Shown here piece after piece: positions 39,012 to 50,895 of a stretch of DNA of 64,000 nucleotides (position 1 is its first letter; each line of letters starts with the position of its first letter). The notes under the pieces are model-generated. The model worked only from the letters and a program-made list of their open reading frames with translations. It searched no databases and had not been told where the DNA came from. The stretch is from Takakia lepidozioides (Eukaryota > Plantae > Bryophyta). A program made the translations under genes and the position numbers. The DNA lies in NCBI GenBank assembly GCA_030704615.1, contig CM060734.1:41788001-41852000 (forward strand), given 5' to 3'.

Positions 39012-40459
39012 CTAATGTAGATCGAGGCGACCCAGGAGAAAGTGCTGTCCATGATTCCTTTTTTCGAAGAGGGGCGGTTCCGCTCTATGTATCCGGGGCG
39101 AATTAACTTCAGGCTCCTCCAGCGGAGGATCCACAATCCCAACTCCATTCCAGAATTCACCATTCCCACCCATATTTCCACCAGGCAGCTTTAATGGATC
39201 CATTCCGGATCCTATCGCCTGCCACAGCTCTGAATCCAGACCAATGCTCGTTCTAGAACTGCCGTTGCTTTTATACATAAGATTGCTGTCCAACGGTGCC
39301 AGCATCTCACTATCCAGTTCTAGCTCTGGGAAGTTGCATAGATCTCCTGGATTGAAAATATCATCGAAGTCGTGGAAAGTTTGTAGAGCTGCTTCTAAGC
39401 CAAGCGTTTCATCTGCATGTACTAACTGAGGTTCACCTTCCCCAACCTCAACCTTCAATGGAGCAGTAAGATCGCTAAAAATGTTTGGCCCTACTTGCAA
39501 GTCCAGTGGTTGGTCCAACAGGGGTACACCTTCGTTGATCTCACGCTTCACTGTAGAACAAGGAGCATTGAAAATCTGTCGCGTTGCTTGTAAATCAATT
39601 CTTTGATCTGGATGGACAACTGAATGAACCATCTGGGGAAAATCTTCCAATTCAAGCTTGACTGTGACAGTATTAGGAGTTACACCAGCATACTCTACAG
39701 CGCCCGCTCTCGCGACAGGGTGAAACACAGACTCGGCAGTATCCATTTCCGGAATACCTTGAGTGGTGGTCGGCAGCGCAGAATTACTAGAGGAAGTGAC
39801 CGAGTCTATGGGTACTTTCTCACGGTCACTCTCCTCTGCTGGTGGATCTGGTGGAGCCGCACCTGCAGAAGTCCCCGACGATCAATCATCATCAACATGC
39901 AGATCCCAAGATCAACCAAATTCACGCCAATCTTTCAATTCTTTCAAACCCTCTACTCCAACCCAACCGTGAAAACCTCCAAAGAATCACGACTTCCCTC
40001 ACACCCCCACTGATTATCAAATTCCTTCACATGCAAAATCAAAAACTGCTCACCGGCTGGAGGGTTTGGAAGGCCATCCGGAAGGTTGAGAAGAGCGCAG
40101 GAGCCATACAGCACCCTTGCCGCATCATCGTAAGCAACCGCCGCCTCCTCGGCCGTAGCATACGTCCCCAGCCATAGTCTCGCACCCCTGTTCGGCTCCC
40201 GAATCTCTGCTACCCACTTCCCCCATGTACGTTGCCGAACTCCTCGGTAGCTACATAAAGCATTTTCCGGACCACCCTTTCCCTTCATGCATCCCTTCTT
40301 GGACCCTTTTGCTGGCGCTTTCCTGATCGTCTTCCTCGGCCCCGGGTTGACGCTATACTCCGACCTTCCCCCATAGTTCCCATGACTCCCACGACTTGAA
40401 GCACGATTCTGCTCAGCCCACCATGCCAGCGTCTCCGCCACCGTACTCCCATGCTGCAT
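39012..40459 (-). CDS. DREB2: DREB2-type (A-2 / group IV) AP2/ERF transcription factor, intron 39863-40053
   Basis: [30 protein letters not shown] and the AP2 domain [46 protein letters not shown] phase-1 GT-AG intron joins this in frame to an acidic C-terminal exon. The true start may lie upstream (see findings). Confidence 0.92.
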
Positions 40460-40885
40460 GTTATTCCTCACGCTCGATTTCCTGCGCCTGCGGCCTCTTC
40501 CGAAATCCAGCCCTGGCCCAGGCTGCTGCCCATACTTACCTACCACCGCCAGCTTTTTACAATTTCGAGCAGAACCTCACCTCTACTCCCTAGCCCTCCC
40601 GAGTCCCTTCTTATCACTCTCCCTAGCTTCTTCTCTACTTCTACCCTTCCTTTTCCCCTGCGACTATCTACTTTAGTAGGGCTGACTCCCTAAAAGTTAC
40701 CTCTATACTTTCCAGACTCTCTATGCCAGGCAGGCTTTATAACACCTTTAGGCCCAGAAGGATCCCCCCGTGTACGCGGAGACAAAGCTGGCTGCTCGCT
40801 GTGTGGTCTCGCGCTACCTTTCGAAACCTTTAGGTACGTCTGTTGTGAGGTGCTCGTAAAGGATCTTGCATCGGTGCGAGGGGAA

Positions 40886-41153
40886 CTTATAGAAAAGCTG
40901 TCCCGCAAATAGCCCGAACATTCCAGAAACACTCCCGAGCCACCTCCGTGCGCTGCAAGAAACCAACGCTTTGCTTCCTCGAAACTCCGCTCACCCGCGC
41001 AAGCACCGGGCCCGCCCGCCCGCGCACTTTTAAATCCTACCTGCTGACCTGTCCGTCTCGTACGTCGCCACGTCTGCCCACATCACGCTGACGTGGACGG
41101 AAACTGCTTGTGAAAATCAGAAAAACGACACCGGTACCCTGATGTTACACGTG
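40886..41153 (-). promoter_or_regulatory. DREB2 promoter: TATA-like box, perfect heat-shock element and ABRE/G-boxes
   Basis: TATAAG on the minus strand at 40886-40891. cGAAcaTTCcaGAAa at 40915-40929. ACGTGGC (minus) at 41067-41073, ACGTGG at 41091 and CACGTG at 41148. Confidence 0.7.
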
Positions 41154-42144
41154 CCATTCCCTCACCGAAACAGGCAGTACGGCCAATTACATAAGAGAAT
41201 CCTTATTTTTCCCAGTGAGTTACTGACACCTCGTCACGGGAGTTGGTGATAACCTGCCTGGAGGTAATTTCATCGCCTGTACCTTCTTGATCTGTGCTGC
41301 GAGAGTGGCGCCCGAGGCGCCCTGTGGGGTCAGTTTGGGAGAGGAGGGACAGAAGGATGCGGCGCACGCGTCGCGGGCTGTCCTTTGGAGACAGTACAGA
41401 CAGGGCAGGTCTGGGCTGTCTGTGTGTGTGTCATGTACTGTGAGCGTACGTCTGTCAGTGTGCGAGAGTGCTAGTGAAGGTGCGAGGAATGAGAGGGGGG
41501 GAGTCGGGAGGTGCGAGACGAGAGGGTTGTGTTTCGAGGAAGAAACGGAGGCTAGGGTTTATGGTTGAGTTGGGGGCCGCGTGGGCGAGATGCGGGCCCA
41601 CAGCATGTGCAGGTGGGGGGATCAAACCATGGCAAGTATCTTTGTCTTGTCTTGGCACGTTACCCGTAAGGGATTTTGCTGGATTTTGCGTGGTGATGCT
41701 GTCGAAAGTAAGAAACGCGATCATTCTGATTGCCCGTATTGTTCCCGCGGTCTTCGCGCTGTTCATTATGCCATGGCGTAAAATAGGTCAGAAGGGGTTA
41801 TGATGGTTGAGACCCAATGGGAAACTGGCAAGCGGAATCTAGAATGATGCGTCAGCAGCGGATTACGGCACATAGCCACGTCAGGTGAGAGCCGCTTTCC
41901 CTGTGGACCCGTTCCCGTGAGGCTGCTGTCGACCGCGGCTGTGCATGGTGGTCCCGTGCCCTAACACGTCAGTTTGAGTCTCGTTTTTCCGCAAAAAACA
42001 AAAGTATAGTTAAATGTGGACGCGAAGCAAGCGTAAATAATGGTGTCACTTGAGTCCGAAGGGCGGAAGGTGGACAGCACGGTTGTGGGGCCAAAACATA
42101 AAGGTAAATGATTTATTTGTATGTCCTTTTTATTTACCTTTACC

Positions 42145-42428
42145 CTTGTACATGTAAATATTTTGATTTATACTTACCATTACCCATATAAAAGATAATT
42201 TATTCTTGTATTTTCTTTATCTATTATCAAAAGGTATATTAGTAGAGAGAAAATCAGAAAAGGGTAAATGTGGAGGTCTCTTCTTCCTCTTCGGACCTAG
42301 ACCTACATACCTCCTATAATCAGGCCTACTATTACACCCAAAATGACCACGTTAATAAAAAATCAAGTTAAACATAACAAACACGTGAGTCTATATCATG
42401 TTCTTCGATGTATCCTTGATTTATCTTT
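42145..42428. repeat. Dispersed AT-rich repeat, left part; uninterrupted copy at about 46785-47150
   Basis: aaatattttgatttatactta...gacctagacctacatacctcctataatcaggccta...cttcgatgtatc is shared with 46785-47085. Its continuation is found at 44886-44912 and 45237-45290. Confidence 0.85.
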
Positions 42429-44885
42429 AGGATGCCAGCTAGTCCCTTATAGCGTTCTAAGCCGCTCTAAGGATTTCATAGAGCGGGAAAACAAATCGAT
42501 CAACCATGACGAAGAAGATAAACCTTAACATATTTTTTACATTTATTCTAACAATCCCTTAATATCCTTAGAGCCAATGTAAGGATTTGTTAGATTGGGA
42601 AAATAAAACAAGCTAAATTGCTATTTACGTTTGTTCTAAGGATCCTTAGAGCCGCTCTAAGCCACTCTAAGGATTTCATACAGCGGGAAAACATAAATAG
42701 CTAAATTGCTATTTATATTCGCTGTAAGAATCCTTTAAGCCGCTCTAGGGGTTTTTTAGAGTGGAAAAACAGAAAAAACTAATTTGTTATTTACATTCGA
42801 TCTAAGTATTACTTAGAGTAAGAAAATTAAAAAAATATAAATTGCTATTTACATTCGCTCTAATGATCCCTTAGAGCCGCTCTAAGCCGCTCTAGGATTT
42901 TCTACAGCAGGGAAACAGAAAAAACTAAATTGCTATTTGTATTTGCTCTAAGGATCCTTCAAAGCCGCTCTAAGGATTTATTAGAGCGGGAAAACAAAAA
43001 AAATCTAAATGGCTATTCACATTTGATCCAAGCATTACTTAGAGCAAGAAAACAGAATAAACTATATTGCTTTTTGCAATCGCTCTAAGGATCCGCTCTG
43101 AGCCGCTCTAAGGATTTTTTAGAGTAATTAAAGAAACAACACATTCACTCTAAGAGTTTCTTAGAATCACTCAAACGATTTTTTATTGCTGATTGAATTG
43201 GTATATCAAATTACGATCAATATTATACATGTCATATTTGGTCGCCTGCATGTGGGACTGCTGTCAGTAATTTGATTATAGCATACAAAATTATGGCCCA
43301 AAGGCCTTAAAGATTAACCATAAAGGTTAAAAAAATTGGAAATTTTGAAATATAATATCATAAATACTTTGATTGAATGGATTTGGAATTTATTGAAATG
43401 ATGAAGTCTGAGGTTGAAAACATAGTATTATACATTACATATTATATATTTATTTATATTTAATATATTATTATATTATATTATATTATACGTTTTAAAA
43501 TTATTATACGTTAATATTAAATTAAATTAAATTAAATTCGTTAATATAAATGATATATTTGAAGTTTTTGAGATGTAATATGATAGATAACTTGATTTAT
43601 TACTATCCTAAGAGGTCCTAAGGGTAATTATAAATAATAATATATATGTTTTCATTCCCCCCCCTCTTAGGACTGCTTAGGGCTGCCCTAAGCAGTCGTC
43701 AGGGCAATTATAAATAATAATTTACATATTTCCATTTTCTCCCCTTAGGACTCCTTAGGGCAATCTTAAGGAGTCCTAAGGGCAATTATAAATAATATCT
43801 TATTATTTTTCTATTTTTAACATAGGTACTAACACGTAAAGGTTTATTTCAAAAAAGGATGTCGGTGCATTACAAATGGTTGTATGAACGTTTATCAAAA
43901 ATACATTTTTTTTTAAACCCAAAATTAATACATAGTAGTTTATATTTTTTCTATTTCTCTTAAGAAATATTTTTTCTTTTAGAGTTATAAATAATAATTT
44001 ATATATTTCCATTTTCTCCCCTTAGGACTCCTTAGGCAATCCTAAGGAGTCCTAAGGCCAGTTATAAATAATACCTTACTATTTTTCTATTTTTAACATA
44101 GGTGGTAACACGTAAAGGTTTATTTCAAAAAAATGATGTCAATGCATTACAAATGGATGTATGAACGTTTATCGAAAATAAAGTTTTGTTTTAATTATAA
44201 TAAATGATGACAACCTACCAATTTTCTCGGTACATACCAATAAATAGTATATGTGATTCATAAATATAATGACCAAAGTTGATACATTTATTATAGTAGT
44301 TTATATTTTTTCTATTTCCCTTAGGAAATATTCTTTTCTTTTAGAGTTTTCAAGTCTCTCATGATCTCGCTTAGCCTCTTCAAACATACCTGTACATCTT
44401 CCGCAGTTTTTGACAATGTTACCTATAGTCCGACTCTCTTAATTAATTACGGTAGAAAGAAAAAATAGATTGAAATACTTAGAATCAGATTGTTACATGT
44501 CCGATCATTAGATGTTTAGAAAATGAAAGTGAGACTGAATGTTGTGTGATAGATCTTTGAATATATATATATATATAACATACTTGTTTAAGAGCATGGT
44601 GTAGTTATAAGTGACTGGTTGTATAAAAGTTAAATTTTGAATAATATTTTATTATTTTTAGTTGTAAATATGTGTTGATTTAATTCGTACAGTAATATAA
44701 CTTTTAATGATTCTAATAAGTTTAGGTTATGACTAGAAAGATGAATACTAAAAATAACTAAAAAAATGATTAAAGTATGAAGATAAACTATTATCTTTTA
44801 TTGCTATGTGCAACTCGTTCTTGCACTTGAGTCTAGAAGTGGTCTATTCAAAATAAATAAAAATAAAAAAATGGTCTGGCATCCT
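42429..44885. mobile_element. Non-autonomous DNA transposon with 10-bp TIRs and 9-bp TSD (Mutator-like)
   Basis: Ends AGGATGCCAG...CTGGCATCCT, flanked by tttatcttt / tctatcttt (1 mismatch). The empty site is visible at about 47075. Internal arrays of gccgctctaagg units and ccttaggactcc..ggagtcctaagg palindromes. Confidence 0.78.
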
Positions 44886-44912
44886 TCTATCTTTTCGTCG
44901 CTATATAACGGT

Positions 44913-45286
<374 letters not shown>

Positions 45287-45410
45287 TAGTAAAAAAGAAA
45301 TAAAAAAACTTTTATTCTTATAACTCAATTTCAACTAAATTCGGACAAAATTTAATATAAATTTGTATTTAAATTACATTGAATAATAACTATATTATGA
45401 AGTTATGAAT

Positions 45411-45646
45411 CTTTTTTCTTTTTTTTTCTTAAAAGGAAACTTGGGAGCGTCTGCTCACAATTCAGGCCCTTGAGGAGGGGGGAAAATTAACCCCCTTTCA
45501 GATAAGCCATTAGGCACACATGTGGGAACGTCACCACCAAACCAACTGGTCACGAACAATCCACACACCAGGCAGGGCAGCAGGTTTGAACCAATGTTGG
45601 GCGGTTATGAACTTTGGCCGGTTACAACCACATGTTATTAGACCGG

Positions 45647-45680
<34 letters not shown>

Positions 45681-46325
45681 CCGGAGGAGGTGCAAAAATA
45701 AAAATAAATAAACCGGATATAAACAGATCCGGCGGAGGCTAGGGGTTGAGATAACCGGCCAGCAAGTTTGGTTTTTTATTTATTGGTATCCGGCCATGGC
45801 CTTAAAAAAGGACCCGGTTATCAATAAATAGTGTCAGCATATACCCTTGCTAAGATTAATGTGACACCAATCTGGTAACTAAGATGTCCATTATTGATCA
45901 TATGGATGATCCAGTTTCTAGGGTCAACCATCTTGCATGGCTGGTCAATCCCTGCTTGGCATTTATTTAAGCTTTTTTTTAATATTTTCATCATTTCAAT
46001 ATATGTAAATTTTTATATAACCGCAATATAACCGTTTTAAGGACCGCCGGTTATCTACCGGTTATGAAGTATATTGAACTTCCAGAATCGGTTCAAAAAA
46101 CCACCTATGCAAAGGTCTTTAATAACCGGAATTGAACTTAACCGGGTTTTTTGAAAACATCAAAGATAGCCTCCAGCAGATTATTTAATTTTTTCTTTTG
46201 TCCATTTAACCGCCTCCGGAGGTTCTAAAGAAGGGGCAATTGGCAAAGAACCTGCACCGGAGGAGCTCACGAAAACCTGATAACCGCCCAACACTGGTTT
46301 GAACCCTACACTTACCAGCTGATGT
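45411..46325 (-). mobile_element. Possible tRNA-derived SINE interrupted by the hAT MITE
   Basis: With the MITE removed, the minus strand reads gcacatcagctggtaagtgtagGGTTCAAACCtgctgccc (A/B-box-like). It then passes a tail motif shared with the LINE relics and ends in an A-rich tract. Confidence 0.4.
45592..46296. mobile_element. Complete non-autonomous hAT-like element (MITE)
   Basis: TIRs caatgttgggcggttat / ataaccgcccaacactg, a perfect 8-bp TSD GTTTGAAC on both sides, and many aaccgg subterminal motifs. Confidence 0.92.
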
Positions 46326-47199
46326 GCTTAACTTTGTAAAGTTGCAAGATTCAACGTCGACATCAATGTCATTCTATAATAGAATGGGATTTGGGATAAG
46401 AAAAAGTACTATCGAGTACAAAAAATGGTATGGAAGAATCAGAAGAACCTATAAAAAGTTTGAAGTAAAATTTCTCCCAAATTCGTCTGAAAGAATCTGA
46501 AATGAGGTTTTCGGGGTTTACATAGGATTTAGAATAAGAAAAAGTATCATGACAAAAAAATATTCACATGTCGATAGGAATTATCAATCAAATATCCCAA
46601 TCAATCTATTGTATCCCAAAGCAAGAATTTGTTTTTTTCAATGAGCTTCAAACATGGATATGAGCTATATAGGGTTTATGATAAGCATAAATGTCAATAA
46701 ATGCAAGTGTGTATTGAACCTATAAAAACTTTAAATCAAATATCCCAACCAATCTATTGTATCAAATATCCCAAAGCTGGAATGTACCCTTTGTAATAAA
46801 TATTTTGATTTATACTTATCGTTACCCATATAAAAGATAAATTATTCCTATATTTCCTTTATTATCTAGTAATAAAAAAACATATTACCTAGTAGAGAGA
46901 AAATAGGAAAAGGATAAATGTGGAGGTCTCTTCCTCCTCTTGAGACCTAGACCTACATACCTCCTATAATCAGGCCTATTATTACACCCAAAATGACCAC
47001 GTTAAAAAAAAAAAATCGAGTTAAACATGACAAACACATAATTTAATCTATATCATGATCTTCGATGTATCGTTGATTTATCCTTTCGTCACTATATATC
47101 GGGTAAATGATTTGTTTGAGAGAAGGGGACGGAGTCTTCTTACTAAATTATATTGATATATCTCATGTGGAGGCTTCATAGATGCAATCATTGTCCCAG

Positions 47200-47740
47200 G
47201 AACCCACTTTGCTATTTTTCACGAATTTCCAGTGACCAAAAGTACTTGAAATTCGACATCACCCACACCGCAGGTCCAAGAATCATGAGACCAAGCCGGT
47301 GCACCCCTCCTCTAGGGTAGCATGTGCCGTTGGCCCAAGTGTCCAATATCATCTAAGTCCAAGTGCATGCCCTGTATATCCAAGTGCATCTCCTATGTCG
47401 AGGTCCATTTAAGCCCAAGTGCAATCTTCTATTCATGTATCCAAGTGCATCACCCATGTAGATGCCCAAGCGTCCAGTGTCATCTAAGCCCTAGTGCAAT
47501 CTCCTATGTATCCAAGTACGTCTCTCATGTCAAGGCCAAATTTATTGTTTTTCATGAATTTATTGAGGAGTAATATATCCAATCATTATTGATAATCTCT
47601 TGTCGAGGCTCCCATCTGGCATTGTCCCACCCACTTTTGCTATTTTTTCACAAATTTCCAGCGACCAAAAGTACTTGAAATTCCACATCCCCCACACCAC
47701 AGGTCCAAAAATCATGAGACCAAGCCGGTGCACCCCTACT
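47200..47740. repeat. Direct repeats of about 110 bp (47200-47308, 47630-47737) flanking a ccaagtgca-rich minisatellite
   Basis: cccactttgctattttt...ccaaaagtacttgaaatt...catgagaccaagccggtgcacccct occurs twice. Confidence 0.8.
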
Positions 47741-48639
47741 CATCGAGGGCTTTCCAACGGCACCAAGCACCAAGGCTGGGGCCGGCCGTGGTTTAGGACA
47801 TCTCGACGCTACAAAACCAAAAAAACAAAAAACAAAAAAAACAAATGCCTTGAATATATGCAAGCCCTGTCAGATTGTAGTTACAAATCGGTTATAAAAT
47901 GATTGACATAATCTAAAAGTTAAATCGGTGAGGATCACATGATGATCATTTAAATACAAAACATCTTTTAAATGTTGAACAACATGTTGTCGTAATGTAA
48001 GTAAAGACAATCTAGTTTTCTTTAGGTACACAATTGTGTCGAAAAAAAAATCGTCTAGAGCAAACTGGTAATGTTCTACACGGATCGAATTCAAAAAACT
48101 TAAAACAAAGTCTATGTCGTTAACTACGGAAATCATATTGTGTATACATTATGGTCTAATAAATCTATGAATTTGTGTGAGACAAACAAAGAATTTGTTA
48201 AACATAAAACAATGCAATCATTTATAAGCTGATCATAAAGCTCTTCTTTTGTCACTTCAGTAAACATCAATTGATCCTTGTTAATAGTTGATTGTTGATT
48301 GTTCATAGCTGATTGCTCAAAAGTATTCATAATCAATATATGAACGTATGATCGTATAAGCTGTTGATCACCAATACATCGAAACATTAAAAACATAAAG
48401 TCTTCTCATTGGTAAGAAGACGAGGAGACCTGTCATCTGTTTGTGGTGCTGGTCAATACAAGAAATGTTTGTCTGACGTATGATTCATAGTTTCTTGTGG
48501 ACCACGAAGTGAAGTGAGCCTTGAATCTGTTCTGAAGGGGAAGTTCAGCCAACAGATGATCTGTTTTTCTTTTTCATTGTGTATTTTTATCCCGTGTCTG
48601 GAATTTATGAACTTCTTGTCATATGACTTCTCCTCAAGG

Positions 48640-49250
48640 AAAAAACAAGAAGAAAATGTCAAGGTACGTCTACAGAGGTAGACAGATATTCACAGACAAG
48701 ACTGGAGTAGTGTTAAATAGAAGACTCCCTTCACATGTGTCTCAGAAGTCCCAGAGGTTTCAGAAACCTTAATCTAGCTCAAAGATCAAAAAGTCCAAAG
48801 TAAGGTGCTTTGCAGGAAACTTGGTCACATGATCAAAGATTGTAGAAAGCGCACTGCAGATGAGCGCAGCTAGCAAAGAGGGTCAAGACTCAAGGAAACA
48901 TAATTATTCATCAAAGGAATGTTGTTCTATTTGTTGTGTCTCTCTCAGCCACTACTAGATAGAGCATGTGTGGCATATTGATTCGGGGGCATCTCAACAT
49001 ATGAGTTCAGAGAGAGAGCATTTCTTATCTTATAGATTTGTTTCATCTACACAATATGTTCTTTTGGGAGATGATAACAAGCATATCATTAGTGGGGAAG
49101 ACTCAGTCTCTCTTATGCTCAATTAAGGGAAAACCATAGAGGTGAAAAACGTCATATATGTTCCTACTTTAACAAAGAACCTGCTGTCTGTAAGGCAAAT
49201 TGTTGCAAAGAGATACAAAGTGGTATTCACAATGGCAACCTGAATCAACA
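48640..49250 (+). mobile_element. Ty1/copia retrotransposon gag-protease relic
   Basis: RKLGHMIKDCRK (zinc knuckle), WHIDSGASQHMS (copia aspartic protease) and KNVIYVPTLTKNLLSVR, in broken frames. Confidence 0.85.
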
Positions 49251-50499
49251 TTTGTGCATTTTCAGAGGCTTGTGATTTATTCTCTATTTTTTTGCTTTCA
49301 ATAATACAGTGATGTAGCATTATGATAACTAAGCTAGGAGGATAATTCTGAAAGGCATTCAACTTGCTCAGTCGAAAGATATAGATCATTTTACAAGATG
49401 AGGGTTTAGTACTATGACTTTGTATTTTCAGTACCTTAAAGTGTACAAGGTTTCTCTCTTACTAATGATTTCACACTACCACTAATAGCATTAGGTAATT
49501 GAGTTGGGAGAACATTTGTGGGTAACATTAAGCCATTCCAGCAAAAAGATATATATTTTAGAATATGCTAGTTTACCATAGTGGCAGCCTCAAGCAGCAT
49601 TTGTGTATTTTCAGAGGCTTGTGATTTCTTTTTCTGTAGATTGCTCACGCGACCCGTTTTGTCCTTTTTTGCAAGTCCCATAGCTGCTATGGATGACTTC
49701 CGATGAAGTCCGGCCCTAAATAGAAACTATAGCCCTTGAATAGAGGAATCCAACGCATGTATTGTTGGCCCCATTGAGTAAATGCATTGTCAGATACAAA
49801 AATCCGTCTGCAGGGGTACAGCTTTTGTGTGGTGGGGACGGCTTCACGTGGGTTGACCAACATATGTGGTGTCCCTTGAAAGGCCGGCGCGGCTTCTTTT
49901 CCCGGTGGTCGAAAATTCAGCTTCAGTTGCCGGTGGTCGGAAATTTCACTAAATACTCCATCTTAGGTGAAATCTTTTACATTTGCATCAGGTTTTTTTG
50001 CCAATGGCTTTCAATGCTTCCATGCTATAGATTGACCATTGCAAATTCCATTTCACTTAGAAATTCAATCCCCCACTGCATCTTGGCCATACAACTCCTA
50101 AATTTGGGTTTTGTGCCCACTATTTTTCACATACAAAGGGACCCACCCAAAAACATGGAATTTGGGTTCCAAATTTGGAGAGCACAATTTATACATGGTA
50201 GGCAATGAGTCAGTGGTGGTGTGCTGGCCGGAAACAAAAAAAAATCATAGAGCAAACAATTGGTCAAGCCTGATATGCAGATGGATTTTTGGATGGACTT
50301 CAAAACTTCACCATTTTCATTTCTTATAATCTTTTGATTGAAACGGTGAAATCAGCTGCAAATTTCTGACCACCTGCATGATGGCCTTACTGTACTATTC
50401 ATCCACTCGGATGACTGTTACCTGCAACTTACATCCAATCATGTCAGGTATGTACCCTTTCTGAGCAAAAGTCCAAAATCAGGTTTGGATGTTTAGGGG

Positions 50500-50895
50500 T
50501 TAATGCCAATATAGTGGTCGTTTTTATTTATTTTTTATAAAAAAAATACAACCGCCAATATTGCCGTCGGGTTTATTTTTTGGGCAGAACAGGGGAGAGA
50601 CGCCCTGATATATTTTATTAATTTAAAAAAAACAAATATGAAGCGACCGCCAATATTGCGGTCGTTTTTTTCTTTGTTTTTTGTTTTTTGTTTTTTTTGT
50701 TTTTTGTTTTTGTTTTTGGCAGAACAGGGGAGGAGGCCCTGATAAGGTTTTTTATTATTAGTTTTTTAAACAACATGAAGCGACCGCCAATATTGCGGTC
50801 GCTTCTATTTGATTTTGAAAAAAAAACAACCGCCAATATTACAGTAGCTTCTATTTTTTTTTTAATAAATAAAAGCGGCCGCCAATATTGGGGCC
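50500..50895. repeat. Array of palindromic (g)accgccaatattgcggtcg units with A/T-rich spacers, probably a transposon subterminal region
   Basis: ccaatat(t)-core motif recurs at about 50505, 50552, 50646, 50783, 50830 and 50879. Confidence 0.7.

Noticed and set aside
39747-39953. Apparent split of DREB2 into two ORFs
   Set aside because: Explained by a GT-AG intron (39863-40053) that joins them in frame
34078-40560. PAL plus DREB2 as a functional or biosynthetic gene cluster
   Set aside because: Only adjacency; no other phenylpropanoid genes or shared regulatory evidence in the window
40690-40932. 80-aa ORF upstream of DREB2 as a peptide gene
   Set aside because: Non-ATG start, overlaps the HSE/TATA region, and has no recognisable features
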